From the NCBI GenBank assembly GCA_013265495.1, contig MU058000.1, forward strand, positions 2,356,001-2,420,000: a stretch of DNA of 64,000 nucleotides. Direction: 5' to 3'. Positions within the stretch are counted from its first letter, which is position 1. Every line of letters starts with the position of its first letter. Below the pieces are notes generated by a model. That model did no database searches. It was not told where the DNA came from and was given only the letters and a program-made list of their open reading frames with translations. This document shows positions 1-13,719 of the stretch, in pieces. The position numbers were made by a program, and so were the translations under genes. Source of the stretch: Vicugna vicugna (taxonomy: Eukaryota).

Positions 1-420
1 TGGGAAATAGTCAAATTCACAATGTTATTGGAAGATTTTAATCTATTTCTCTTAGTCACTGACAGAATAAGCAAACAATAAGTTTGTAAGGATAAAAAAA
101 GTCCATTATGAATGACAATTATGGTCAAATTTTTTATATATAAAACATAGTACCAACTAAAGCATACTAATTCTTTTTAAGGGCACATGGAATATTTACA
201 AAAAACAAAAACATACTAGGAAATGAATCAAGAGTATATTACCTTCTTAACGTGAAGTAAGATAGATGACAATAAAATAAAATTAGAAAATATCAAATAT
301 TTGTAAATCAAGTAGAATATTTCTATATCACCAAGGACTTAAAATGTACAAAATGAAAATTATAGACTATTTTGAATTCAGCAAAACTTGAAAAAATGGC
401 ATTTATAAATTTATGAAGCA
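1..420 (+). mobile_element. Decayed LINE-1 ORF2 (endonuclease-region) fragment, old L1M
   Basis: A-rich sequence resembling the L1 endonuclease region (ttggaagattttaat...gacagaataagcaaaca...gcacatggaatatttacaaaaa...catactagg). No open frame. Confidence 0.6.
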
Positions 421-794
421 AGAATATCTGTATAACTTGGAGACGGTCAGCCCTTCTTTCAGTTGGTGGCTTTAATTCTTGTTTCCAACTCCTGATTTGT
501 TATATTGGCCAACATCTTGTCACAAAATGGCTAATCTGGAACTCTGGTTATCTATTTTGTCCTTTTTCTCTCCCATTCCACCCTCTGCTCTAAAAATCAT
601 CTTTCCCTATTGCTTACAACAAAATACAATGCATCAATCATAGCTAATAATCCATAGATACTCATACTCATAGAAACTCATTGTATCCATTTTCCTACTG
701 TGAAAGTTGGAACAATATTGGTTCAAAGATACACATAAGAAGTTAGATGATCCAGAATATGTATGTGAGCTCCATTATTGTCATCATCACCGTC

Positions 795-1033
795 ATCATA
801 GCAAACACTTTCATGGTTCTGCCCATAAACTAGGCTGAATTCTGAATGCTCAATTAATCCTTAGAACAAGCCTATTAGGTAGGCACTATTATATACCCCA
901 TTTATACATGAGGATACTCAGGTGGCAAATGTTAAGTGACTTTCTCTGGTAACAGAGCTAATAAACATGGACTTAATTTGAACCAACGTAGCCTAGCTTA
1001 AAAGTACTCTCTTAGCCATTGTGCTGTACTGTT
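795..1033 (-). mobile_element. MIR SINE
   Basis: Reverse MIR core: ggtaggcactattatataccccatttatacatgaggatactcagg...gttaagtgactttctctggtaacagagcta...tttgaacc. Confidence 0.75.
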
Positions 1034-1319
1034 TCTTATAAATACAGAACACACAAATATATCCAAAAATAGGCTTTTTTTTTTTCATCAACTGTCACCT
1101 AACCTATTATTTGCAGTTAGTTAATCTGATGTATCCTAATTTTAGAGTTTGTTAATCAAAAAAAATCTTTGACTTTATTGCACTAGTTTTTTTTAATTAG
1201 ATAAAGATAATCTGCAATGTGATTAAATCTTTGCTGCCTAGCTGTATGCTTTTTACCCTTTAATCATATGGTAGTATGCAAGTACTTCAAGCCAGGAGAC
1301 ATTATGTTTAGCGATTTTG

Positions 1320-1533
1320 CCAGAGCATAGCCTTTCAAGGAAAATGCCTGCATTCAAATATCAGTTTAGTATTTGAACCAATTGGATGACTTCCTAGTTG
1401 TACAGATCAGGCAAGTTACACAAACTTCCATAACCCCAGTGTTCCCATGTGTAGAGTTAAGATGATAACCCTATTTCATAGGAAAGTATTAAAATAGTGC
1501 AGGTAAAACACATAAAAGTCTTTGCATGCTGGT
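1320..1533 (+). mobile_element. MIR SINE
   Basis: acttcctagttgt...ggcaagttacacaaacttcc...cagtgttcccatgtgtagagttaagatgataacccta resembles the MIR core. Confidence 0.65.
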
Positions 1534-1590
1534 TGAAAGAGAGAGGGATACAGAAACAGAGAAAGAGAAAGACAATGATAAAGAGAGAGT

Positions 1591-2929
1591 TGTTAAAAGA
1601 TATACTGAAGCATATTAAAATTTTAAGAGTTTATCTGAGGTCCCCAACTTGATGGTTTCCAAGCCAAGCTCTCAGGACAAAAGAAGACAAGCAAGAGGGC
1701 AATTGCTGTCCCTGGGACAGAACGTCTTAACAATCAAGGTGTACCCAAAAGCAAATTCCCAAGTCAAAATTCAAAGATTTAATTCTTACAAATGTTTTCT
1801 GATTGTTAATCTGAATTTGGAAAGGAAGGGATAATGTGAAATTTTACCTTTCTCCCTTGACCAGGCACTGCAGATAAATATGTGGGAGCACTTTGACTTT
1901 GCTAAGAATTTACACCTTTTGCCAGCTTTTGCTAGTTTTCCCAGGATTCTGTCTCCAGGCTCTGGAGAGAGTATGGTATCCCTGTGGGTCTCATCCTGGT
2001 CACCAGGAACTGCTGAGGAAGGAAAAGAATTTTCCTTCTACCTTTATGGAGAGTGCTTGGCTGAGATCTGTTTTTCTCTAGAGTATAAACTTATCTAGAT
2101 TAAAATTTCTCTATCATGACCACTGTAATTCGAGAATTATCTTTGATAAGTTTATCCAACTTGTTCAGCCTTAAAACAAAATTGCATTTACCTACAGTCT
2201 CACACTGGATCCAGTCCAATTTAAGATGGATCCCGTTCGGTTTCTAAGTCAGACTCCATCTTATTTGGACCAGTCCAGGTTTTCAGTTGGACCACGTCTA
2301 GCTCTGCCTGGTTTCTGGACCCAGTCTGGAAAAAGAAATGCTCAAATAAAGTCTGAAAGCTCATAATGCAAAACCTTCAGAGCTAGGATCTGAGAGACAC
2401 TTACCCACCACTTCCAGAGGCAGAGAGAAAGCATCAAGGCCAAGGGCTCAGTATGAACCTATGTTTGGTTGCCTATTGCTCCTGGGGACCATCAGGGGTA
2501 TCCTTCAGTTTCCTTTTCTGACACCCAAACTGTTAAAAGCTAAACTGAAGGATGTTAACATTTTAAAGAATATATTTGAGCAAAAACCAATTCAAAGAGG
2601 GCAGCATCCAGTCTAGCAGATAGAAAGGAGCTCTGAAGAGCTGTACAAAATGAAAGACTTTCATTTATAGGCAGAAGGAAGCAGGAACAAGGAACATATT
2701 CTAGGCAAAAGAGTGGGTTGGTTATTGGTTATTGGTTATTATTCCTTTAGGGGATGTCAGGGGTCTATCAGGCAGATTACCTAGCTAGTACTAACCAGGC
2801 AATTCCTGATCGGTTTAAGATTCTACTTCTAGGAGAACCAAAACTATACTTAAGTCTTGGTTTGGTGATTCCATTTTGGGTTTATCATAAGTGACTCTAC
2901 TTTGGGCTTGTTGTCTCATGTTTTTAACA
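1591..2929 (-). mobile_element. Internally deleted endogenous retrovirus: full 5' LTR 2531-2929, leader/internal remnant about 1640-2530, about 50 bp of the 3' LTR end at 1591-1640
   Basis: TG...CA termini (tgttaaaa...tttttaaca). The same LTR end occurs at 1591 and 2531 (tgttaaaagatatactgaagcatattaaaattttaagag vs tgttaaaagctaaactgaaggatgttaacattttaaagaa). A 4-bp TSD GAGT lies at 1587-1590 and 2930-2933. A PBS-like sequence is adjacent to the LTR. Confidence 0.8.
2510..2527 (-). promoter_or_regulatory. Degenerate retroviral primer-binding site, tRNA-Leu-like
   Basis: The minus strand reads tgggtgtcagaaaaggaa a few bases inside the LTR. This resembles TGGTGTCAGAAGTGGGAT, the complement of the tRNA-Leu(CAA) 3' end. 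Confidence 0.6.
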
Positions 2930-3429
2930 GAGTAAACAATCAAAAATATAAATAAATGAGAAGAATTTCATTATTATACTGTTGGACACTGTGCTAAGTG
3001 GTATGAAAGAGAAGAAAGTATGGTCTGACCTTCAATAAACCTCCATTCTAGTTGAGCCTTGAGGCCTAAGAAATTTGAAATAGCAAATATATAAACCATA
3101 ATTTATAATTAAGCACTGATTATTCAGAAGGGTAGTCTAAAATTTGAATATATATGGCTTATAAGTCTCTCAGTAACCTGACCTTTATCTATTCCTACAT
3201 CTTTAGTCCACAGACTTAAGGCCGTAAGTTCTTTCTACTAAAAATATTTTACCGGTCCCCATCTGGTCTTCTTGGTAAATCCATAACTTTCTGTTGAGTT
3301 CTAACTTAAATGTCACCTTATTTTACATTTGTTCACAATTTTGATCTGTTATTTCTTTGGGCCACTACATTAATAGACTTTTGTTTTATTCATTATCACT
3401 CTGAATTTGCAGATGACACTCTGCAGTTG

Positions 3430-3820
3430 AAATTCTTATGTTTGAATCATTGCTCTAATAGTTACTAGAAAAAATGACCATGGCCAAGTTTGCTAAACTC
3501 TTTATGCATTGATTAACTCATCTATAAAATGATATCTAAATTTCTACCAAAATCTTAGTGTCAGTATGAAGTATATTGATTAGGACTAAGGTAAAAAACA
3601 GTAACAGTAAAAATTGTTGAGTCTTTACTAGATCTCAGGTGCCATTTTAAACTTTTGCATATATTCATTAATGCAAATGCAATATCATTTGTGTTATTTT
3701 TTTCCACATATCACAGTTGAGAAATCTAATGTCCAGAGGATTTGTAAAGTAAAATTATGCAGCAGGACATGATTTCAAGCAAGATAGTGTTGCTATAGAA
3801 TCTATAACCTTAGCCTCTAA
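3430..3820. mobile_element. Two decayed MIR fragments in opposite orientation
   Basis: gaccatggccaagtttgctaaactctttatgcattgattaactcatctataaaatg (+) and acagttgagaaatctaatgtccagagg (-). Confidence 0.5.
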
Positions 3821-5029
3821 AAAATTCTGATTTGTTAAATATGATATAAAATACACAGGGAGATATGTAAAATAAAGTAAGAATCATAGCAGATATTTTA
3901 ACTCTTTATAATGCATTTTCAGAGAATTAACTTAAAGGTAACATATCGTTGTTTCCTTCTTTGGGTTTTCATAAATGAGAAAATGCTGCCTTCCGTTTAA
4001 AAAACCAACATTTATTTCTAATTCTATTCTGAACTCATGAAATTGCATTATGTTTCACCACTTAGAAGGTAGATACACTCTTACATAAGTTTGAACATGA
4101 TCAGGCTTGAAAAATCAAATCTTCTGATTTCTTAATAGGCATCACAGGATGGTTTATAAATTCAATCTATTGTAATCAGTTCACTGAGGAAAATTGTGCT
4201 GTTTAATATTATCTAACCTGAACTAAGAGGTTCATCAAAAAGGCTGTTTTGCAAATCAACTATGCTATGTTTTACATAATCACGTAAATTGCTGTTGTGT
4301 CTCCCCATTCTATGCAGTGAATGATATTTAAAGTAATTCTGCACCTGATGTCAATATTTAAATTATAAGGGCATTTATCAGTTGTTTTATGGTAGATGTC
4401 AAATAAAATTTATCAAGCATATTTAGAAACCACATATATACTAAACCATTTAGTCTCATCTTAAGGTAAAGTTAATTCCATAGGACATGAGAAAGAATAA
4501 ATGAGCACAGAGCACCCTGGAGCACAGAGACTGATGTGAGAAGACACTGATTTACTTTCTCAGATAATTTGATTAGATAATTGGTGCTTAGGATGTCAAA
4601 CAAATCAGTGCTACTGAACTCTCTGCCACTTAATGAAAACATATAAGCCAGACGAGAGTTTAACACCACTTCAGTGAGGTCAAATATATTTGTGTACATA
4701 ATACTGGGAGAGTATATATTTATATACTGTATATATTAAATGGGTCTACATGCTCTTGTGAAGTATGTAGACCATCACTTAAGTGACTTTAATGTCTCTC
4801 TAATTTTTAAATTCCTTATCAGAGAGACATTTCTATTTGTTTAATTGATCACCCAATATTTAATTACAGAAACAATTTTATGAATGCCTACAACACAGAT
4901 TTTCGCTGCCCAAACACAGTTTTCTTTCCATCCATATAATTGCCCAAATGAACCCACCGAGCATAATATACCAAAGCCATGTATGATTGTGCTAACCTTT
5001 GAAGAGCTGGCATAGAGAATTATACATAG

Positions 5030-5660
5030 AGAAAAAAATGGGTAAAGTCTCTAAATGGGAAAGGACTTGGAGCAATAAAATAAAAAGAAAAGAATCTCAT
5101 GTTTGTAGGTATTTGGTGGTATTGGTGAACCAGAAGCTGTGTGATAGAAGATGAGGTCAGAAAAATCACTGTGAAGAGTTGAGATTGATCCTGTTGACCA
5201 GGGTAAGGAATTGGACTTCATTTTTAAAAGAGAAGTTATTTGAAGGCTTTAAAAAGTGAGGGTAGACTACCATGATTTAGGATTTAAAAATCTAAATCTG
5301 GCTTCTGTGAGATTACATTTTAGAACTTGGAGAAAGCATTAGTAGCTATTACAGCAGAAAAGGCTGAAGGCTGGTTGCTTGGACCAGGCTACAAGGAGAA
5401 TAGTTAGAAAAGGAGAAACATTTCAAAAATATTTTGGAATGATGAACAATAGAACTTCTGATGGATTCGATGTTAATGGTGAGGAAGAAAAGAAGAAATT
5501 AATGATAATGGGTCTGAGTCTTGGTCAACTGGTTAGGTTGTTGACCCAATTACTAGAATGAGAAAGTCTTCAGGAAAAAAGGATCTTGGTCAGAGCTAGG
5601 GGCTAGGGATATGTTTTAGATAAATGTGTGAGATGCTTCTTAAACACAGATATGCAAGTC
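5030..5660 (-). mobile_element. LINE-2 fragment
   Basis: Purine-rich L2 antisense motifs: gatgaggtcagaaa..., ggtaaggaattggacttcatt, ggttgcttggaccagg, gatggattcgatgt, tgtgagatgcttct. Confidence 0.65.
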
Positions 5661-7525
5661 TCTCCATCTTGATGGATTCTATGAGACCCTCTTCACTACC
5701 CTGGTCTTGGGATGGATCTGTATATGGTTTTTCCTCTCACCTTGGAATTTTTTAAACAGCTTTAGAAATTCACCTCCATCAATCTTAACTTCCTTGTCTG
5801 CAACAATTTCTAATCCAAGTCACTTGCCAAGTGTTCACAAAAAGATGAATGCTTTTTCAGTTTTCCAAAAATTCTAGTACATTCTAGTAGGTTTAGTATA
5901 ACATTCCTAAGTCTAATATAACACTTTAAAATATTTTAGTCATTTACACTGTTTTAAACTCAATTTCCTTCCAACCTTCCCATACAACTTCTTAAACCAG
6001 CAAACCAACTCTGATTTATTCTATTCTGATAATACACTGTGTTGGCCTTACCTATATGAAGCATGTAGTTATTTTCAATAAAAACTTTAACAATGATGTA
6101 ATTATATACTTGTCTAATTATTTCATGTGAGTAAATGCTATAGCTGTATATTTATTTAAATTATGTAATTATAGGAATAGAATTGTATATTCTTTGCATC
6201 CTCTATAAAATTGAGCCTCTGATTGGTAAATAATAGGTACTCAATATTTATTAAATTGAACCTCCACTCCACAAAGACAGACAATTATCCAATGGAGAGA
6301 GACATCTTTTGAAGTAAATATTTGGACAAGCTTTTGCATATTACTTATACTTCTACCTGATGAATTTCTTATTTATTTTATCTCTACATTCTATTGTTCT
6401 AGTTGTCGTTCTATTGTTTTGTTGTTAAAGTTGTCAGGAGAGTTTTATCTTTAGAATATAGTTGTACAGTTTAAAGATCTACTTGATTTTAATTTTCATG
6501 AATTCTTTTAGAAAAATTTAGCCAAATAAATAAAATATGCTATTATTTATTTTCCATTTCTTAAGTGAAATAATGGGGAAATAGGAAAAATACAGTATAG
6601 AGCCTGTTCTATGAGACGATTCTTGCGTATTTGTGAATGGTTGTACATTTTTTGGTTAATTCCTTAGAAAGCGATTTTCTAGAAGGCAGGATTTGGGTTA
6701 GTAGGTCACTGACTGCTAAGAGAACGAAAAAGTCAACACCAAAACAGATTTTTCAGACTATGAACTTAAAATGAAGTCCTGATAATTTACAGACAGCCTT
6801 ACTGACAAGTAGGAAAATTACATACCATGAAATCTCATTAATTTTCACTTAAAGCCTAGAAGTTTATGTTAACATAGTTAAAAAAAAAGATATAAGGACC
6901 AATAATATGTATAATTCATTTATTTTTTGAAACAGACATCAATTTACAGGTATTAAGTTTTCACATGTCTATTTTGTATGGTTGATTAATAGGTGAAAGG
7001 GTAAAACAATATATGTTTTAATTTTTCCCGCAGAGCAGCTGTTTATAATCCCTGCCTTATTTTGTCCATAGCTGTAAACTAACCAAAGCATAATGATAAC
7101 TTTTAAATAGTTTATAATTAAATAAATAGATTATTAAACTTTGTATTTATCAGAATTGGTATATAATTTTTAATGAAAATAATTTGGTACAACAGGGTTA
7201 ACTTCAAACTTGAATGTACTTGCTTTTATCTATCTTCAGCATTTTCCCCAATTTCTGGCAGAAAAGGTACCATGTGTGCTTACTCTCCACTTTTCTCCCC
7301 ATGGAAATTTAAAACTTTTTAATTTTTAATTTAAATTTTTTTCCAGAAAAAAGCAATATGACTACTAATGGAGATAATATCTTAAAATGTGAAATTAATT
7401 GCATACTGTACTCAGAAATTCTTCTCATTTTTTTCCTCTAAATTTCTATTTTCCAAGAATACATTGTGTTTCTTTGTTTTGTAATACTGTAATTAAGTCA
7501 TTTTCTCTCCCTCTGTCTTTCTCTC

Positions 7526-7574
7526 TCATACACATACATACATACACACACACACAAACACACACACACGACAC
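7526..7574. repeat. Imperfect (CA)n microsatellite
   Basis: catacacatacacatacacacacacacaaacacacacacacgacaca. Confidence 0.9.
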
Positions 7575-10500
7575 ATCCTCTATCCAGAAAGGAAGTATTT
7601 AAATTTTCCCTGAAATTAGAGTAGGTTGTCTTTCCTAAAATTGATGTTTGTGGACTTTGCATTCATGCTACATTTAGACAGAATGCAAAAAACCTTGCCT
7701 TCTTAAATTTGGCTATAACTTGAATTTGTACATTTCTAATCTTTGTATTTTTATCCACTTACAGAAGAATTGCTATTTACCCGATTTATCTAACTTACTT
7801 TCTTTTTCTAAAGTTACACTGAACCATATCATAATGGGTTCATATAACAGGATCCATGAAAAAAGTCTCAAAGTATGATGTGCTGTCTGCTTCAATATGA
7901 ACAATTTGGTTGAAGAGAAAGCTCAGAATTCAGTAAACAGCTACAGCAGGATAAAATCTTCCTGAACTTGCAAATAATGTACTGTCTGAGTAGTTGTTCT
8001 ATGGGTGAGGGAACAATTACTTGGCATACATGGGAATTCTTGAAGAATCAGCTGATGATAAGTCAAGGGTCTCAGCTGGAAATTCTGTACGTTTTAAGAG
8101 AGTCTAATAGAAGATCCCCAAGAGGATCCTCTTTACATGTATTTCCAAGGGAAATTACGCAAAGATCATAGAGAAACTTGACAGACAAGATTAAGAGTTC
8201 TTCCACAACATAAGAAATCTAGACGTCTCAGTTGCTGTAAAGACCATTTAGTAGTTAAGAGTGATATTCTGCAGAAGGCACAGTAGTAAAATCATGATGG
8301 CCTTACAGACCCTCTTACTAACTTTCAGTGTGACAAAGTCAGTTAGCATTATTGCTTTTTAACTTCTTTGTTCTTAAAATTGTTTCGGTCTAGCCATGCC
8401 ACCTATGCATTGGGTTATTCTGAGGAGCAAGTTACATTAATTTACATAGCAGTATTTTTTTAAAGTATGGTGCCATTGTGTGTATGTTTTTCGCTGATTA
8501 TTTTCATTAGCATTAAAAAATAAAGGCTATGAGCTGTGAGGTGGAAGGAGAGTGACAAAACAAGAGGGCAAAAAAAGAATAAAGCCACGCAAAATATGGC
8601 CTGATCAGGACGGTCATGAAGGGAACATAACAGGAAGAACGGGAGAGAAGACTTTGAATGTCAGTTCAGAGTGGACTTTGAACATCAGGCAGAGTTGCTC
8701 TCCTCACATTTTAAATCATGTGTAGTAAGAAACTCTACATCTATTTATGGAAATCTTTCATGAGCAACCTAATTCAAAATTTTGAAACTTTAAAATGTAT
8801 TTCTATTTGCTTAAAAATGTAAGTTTTGTGTATTATTGACGAAGTTCAGGAGACTTTCCCTAGTTGGGCTGATAAACTTTGTTTAAATGCTTCAGTGTCT
8901 TGTAGTTTCTCATGATTATTTTCATGCAATTGTGATGAGGGTAGCCAGTGTTTGGAGTGCAATCCGTTTCAGTGCAGCAAAGCAAAGCTGATTGATCCTT
9001 AATGCAAAGAAACCTATAAGCTTGCCTCATTAGTCACATATTTGAATTAAATGAGCTTTATTTATCTAACATAATTACCCTGTCATCTACATTTTAGATT
9101 GAAGTATAGCCAACTTTATACAATTATTTCATGCAATAAATTCTTATATCAAAGTAATTCATTGTAAAGGTGATTATACACATTTCATTTTTAAATGATT
9201 TCCGCATCCAAAACATTTAGAAAATCTGCACTACATGGAACACAGCTTGAAAGATCTAAATACCTTTTGTAAAAAGAGAATCTTATTTTAACAAATGTAA
9301 GAATTATAATAGTAAATAACAATAATGTAAATATCTCAAGTAGTTTAAATTTTATCTTTTAAAGTCAATATACTCAATTGCAGAAGCAAAGAATTTAGTA
9401 AATACTTCTGTAAGCACACTAATGCATCTGACATGTGTGTTAGTCCAGTTACAGGTTGTGGCATTAAACACATATTCCAATGAGTAGAAGCTATTATGTA
9501 GTAAAATTCTGAAATAAGTAGAATATAGTAAAGGTAACATAAATGCAATGCTGAAACAGAACATTCATATTTATTAATATATATTAACTGAAGGGATAAT
9601 AAAAATAAGCTGCCATGTCACTGACAGTGTACTAGGGTCTTCACCTGCAAATGATACACATCATTTAGGAAGGAGTTGATCTCTACACTTTACAGATAAG
9701 CAGTCCCATGAAGGGCAAGTATTCTAGTAACACATAAACTATAACATGTGGCTATTGGTATGCATACAGAAACATGATAATGACATCTTTTTTTTACTAT
9801 TTTAGGAAAAGTGACTCTCAAATTGCAGATGGTTTTGGCTTGGGGAAGCAAACCAAAAGCCACGTGCATCTGGGGCTGACTCTTTTCATCTGATCACCAC
9901 CAGAATTCTGCATTTTCTGTATCGCATATTTGACATCACTTAATATTTCAGTTGTAAAGAAAGAATGCACTACCTGTATTATGTTAGGTGACTAATTTCT
10001 ATTTCCTCACCTGAAAATTGGGCATAATCACGATGTTAATCTGAAGGGTACTGTGATGAGTAAATGATTTAACATAAAACAAGTGCTCTAAAAGCAACTA
10101 ATTTTTATAATAGATTATTATTCCTTATCATTTACTATTACATTGCACTCTGATAACATAATCACTATATTTATATAATGTATTTACACTTCTATTCTAA
10201 AAATGAGTGAACCATTCATCTTCATGTTTCAACTAATTTTCAGTTTGATTAATTGATACATAAAATTCCTATTTTCACCTGAAATGCTTAGTTTCGTAAA
10301 ATGTCTAGTGCACAGATTATTAAAGGGAGTGCAGAGTGTTTCTGAAATGTGTGACTAAAAAGGGATTATTATAAAATAGGTGGATATATACATCACATCT
10401 TGATTTTTTTAGTTACTTTATAACAGCATCAAGTCTGACAAGACTATTTCTTTCATCCAATTTTTTACTTTCAACAGTTGAAGAATGAGAAAAACACTAG

Positions 10501-11011
10501 AGTATTTTGATTAAGCCATTCCTATTAAAGGATGCATTTAGTTCTAAGTTCAGAGGAAACAAAATGCACTCATAACTTCATGCACTGTGCAACAGAGGAT
10601 AATTATTTCTCATATCAAATTCTAATAAATGTATGTTTATGCTTAAAGGACATCAGGGATATACATTTTAAAAAAATCCTAAGAATTTAGAACCAAAACC
10701 TTCGTTTATTCAGTAAGTTTCCTGTGACTACTGCTCAAGGCAGGCTGGACAGCACAACGGGCTCTCAGGGCCCTGGGGCAGCGTGCTAGTCCTCATGCTG
10801 CTCGGTGAACCAACACAGACACAGAATTACAAACGTTATGAGCAGCAGGTGTTACACAGAAACAGTGTGGCTATGAGAAGCATGAGAGGAGAGACTGAAT
10901 GGATCGTGGTTTCGTAAATAAAGGCCAACATGAAAACACACTGGTCATCCTTCCCGGGTACAGTGAAGAATTGCTAGGATGATCAGTTTGGGCTGTTTGG
11001 CTAACTGGGCA

Positions 11012-11396
11012 TCTTAGTCCGTTCAGGCTGCTGTAACCAAATGCCACAGACAGGATGGCTCATACAACACAGAAACTCACTTCTCACACGTTCTGGAGGT
11101 GGGGATGCTCCAGATCAAGGTGCCGGCAGATTCCATGTTGCGGCTGGTGAGGACCTACTCCCTGGCTCATGGATGGGGCCTTCTCGCTGCGTCCTCACGT
11201 AGTGGAAGACAAGGGACCATCTGGGGGGGGTCTCTGTACAAGGCACTGATTCCATTCATGAGGGTTCATCCTCAGGACTTCAACACCTTCTAAAGGTCCC
11301 ACCTTTAGCCTCACCTCCTAATATCATCCCGTTTGGGGTCAGGATATCAACACACACGTTTTTTGAGGGTAGGAACACAGACATTCAGACCGCAGT
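11012..11396 (-). mobile_element. MaLR LTR, MLT1A/MLT1A0-like solo LTR
   Basis: tcttagtccgttcaggctgctgtaacc...ttctggagg...ccagatcaaggtgccggcagattc...ccttctcgctgcgtcctcac...acacagacattcagacc matches the reverse MLT1A consensus. Confidence 0.9.
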
Positions 11397-11418
11397 CCTG
11401 GTTTTGGATAACTCTCCT

Positions 11419-11638
11419 CAAAGTTCCTCAACCTTGGCACTACTAAAATTTTGGGCCAGATAGTCGTTTGTTGTGGGGGCTGTGTGAGATGTTTAGCAGC
11501 ACTACTGGACTCTACCCACCAGATGCCTGTGCTGCGTGGTGGGAACAATCACAAATGTCTGCAGACATTGTCAGACTTGCTTTTGGGGACAAAATCCTCT
11601 CCTTCCCCCAACATGCACATCTACTGAGATTTACTGCT
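11419..11638. mobile_element. MER20-like hAT-Charlie MITE
   Basis: ctcaaccttggcactactaaaattttgggccagatagtcgtttgttgtgggggctgt...gatgtttagcagc...ctctacccaccagatgcc...aaatgtctgcagacattgtc. Confidence 0.85.
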
Positions 11639-11699
11639 TTGAAATAACAAATCATAAGTTACTAAAACCAATATGATTTAATCTGCTCACCTGCGAAGA

Positions 11700-12075
11700 G
11701 GCTGCTGCTCCCATTGGTCCAGCAGTTTGATCCTGTCAGGTTTGGGGGCTCAAAGATGCTGTTGCATTTTCTCATTCTTATAGGATGACTACTTTGACAT
11801 CATGCATTGTGTCCACATCGAAGGAAAGAAGAAAGGAAGAGTGAGACAAGATGCAGTCGCGTCTGTCTCTTTTTATCGGAAAAGTCAGTGTTTTCCCTCT
11901 CCTCACACCAGACTTGTGTTCATCTCTTGTGGGTGAGAAGTGGGTCTCAGAGTCATTCCCAGTAGCTGGAGAAACTGAGTAAGTGTCTTTTCCATGTCTC
12001 TACGGTGGACGGAGGACGAGAAGAAGGGCTTTAGGAGTGGATATAGTGCGAACAAGCCAGCAGTGCTGGCTATGG
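11700..12075 (-). mobile_element. Old MaLR LTR (MLT1J/K/L-like)
   Basis: gtctgtctctttttatcggaaaag...ccagacttgtgttcatctcttg...agctggagaaactgagtaagtgtctttt...aagccagcagtg resembles the old MLT1 subfamilies. Confidence 0.55.
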
Positions 12076-12993
12076 CTTCTGAACATTAGAGACGAAGCAA
12101 AATAAAAATCCTTTGTAAGCTATAAAGTGTGATAAGAGTAGCACGTATTATTCATTTATAATGTTCAGAACTTGTATTGTTATTATTTGATTATAATTGT
12201 GATTTAATGTTGAACTTGTTTCCAGATTTCTACCAATTTTTATTTACTCCATTTTTATCAACTTCTCTTAAAAATGCATTTCTATATCTGTGTATGTCCA
12301 CCTGTGGCTGGTACCGTTTAACCACATCTACCCAGATGGGATATAGTCTTCTGAAATCAGAATCTTCACCACCATTGTCCCTTCTTATTTTTACCACCTA
12401 TTCCATGCTTAACCATTGACTTTACAGGGATTTACATTTTTCCCCCATTGCCAAGATATTAAGCACTTAAATAGCAAAATTTTTTTCTCATCTATTGCAG
12501 TTTATGACCTATCACATAGTAAAGAATCAATATTATCTATGAAGTAAATGCATACATGGAAAAGTCACAGGAAAAAGTATGCTCAATGGATACTCTTGGA
12601 ATCTTCTTTGAAGATTTGAAGGTGCATATATTCTATTTTTAAAGAAGAACACAGCATCACTGTGTTGAATAGTAATGGTATCATCGCATAAAATCAAAAG
12701 CTCTTCCTATAGCATCAAAGCATAAAACAAGACCAAATGCAGACCAAAGAGACAAGCAAACAAAATTACATGTGGATAGAAAATGTTCTGTGATCCATTA
12801 GTGCCTTCCTGATTAAAGGCAAAATGGAGAACTAGAAATATGCAAACATCCTTCTCCCCAGAAGGAAGCATTCTGTCGGATAAAGCAACCACTTAGAATG
12901 GATGTAAAAGATTAATGCTTCCACCAGCCTTCACCACTCAGCCTCCTTCCCCACTCTTTATGAAGCAATAGGTTAAAAAAAAAAAAAAACCAC

Positions 12994-13719
12994 NNNNNNN
13001 NNNNNNNNNNNNNNNNNNNNNNNNNNNNNNNNNNNNNNNNNNNNNNNNNNNNNNNNNNNNNNNNNNNNNNNNNNNNNNNNNNNNNNNNNNNNNNNNNNNN
13101 NNNNNNNNNNNNNNNNNNNNNNNNNNNNNNNNNNNNNNNNNNNNNNNNNNNNNNNNNNNNNNNNNNNNNNNNNNNNNNNNNNNNNNNNNNNNNNNNNNNN
13201 NNNNNNNNNNNNNNNNNNNNNNNNNNNNNNNNNNNNNNNNNNNNNNNNNNNNNNNNNNNNNNNNNNNNNNNNNNNNNNNNNNNNNNNNNNNNNNNNNNNN
13301 NNNNNNNNNNNNNNNNNNNNNNNNNNNNNNNNNNNNNNNNNNNNNNNNNNNNNNNNNNNNNNNNNNNNNNNNNNNNNNNNNNNNNNNNNNNNNNNNNNNN
13401 NNNNNNNNNNNNNNNNNNNNNNNNNNNNNNNNNNNNNNNNNNNNNNNNNNNNNNNNNNNNNNNNNNNNNNNNNNNNNNNNNNNNNNNNNNNNNNNNNNNN
13501 NNNNNNNNNNNNNNNNNNNNNNNNNNNNNNNNNNNNNNNNNNNNNNNNNNNNNNNNNNNNNNNNNNNNNNNNNNNNNNNNNNNNNNNNNNNNNNNNNNNN
13601 NNNNNNNNNNNNNNNNNNNNNNNNNNNNNNNNNNNNNNNNNNNNNNNNNNNNNNNNNNNNNNNNNNNNNNNNNNNNNNNNNNNNNNNNNNNNNNNNNNNN
13701 NNNNNNNNNNNNNNNNNNN
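12994..13719. other. Assembly gap (726 N)
   Basis: Run of n characters. Confidence 1.

Noticed and set aside
7850..8250. Possible CR1/L3 fragment
   Set aside because: The resemblance is too weak to support without a profile search.
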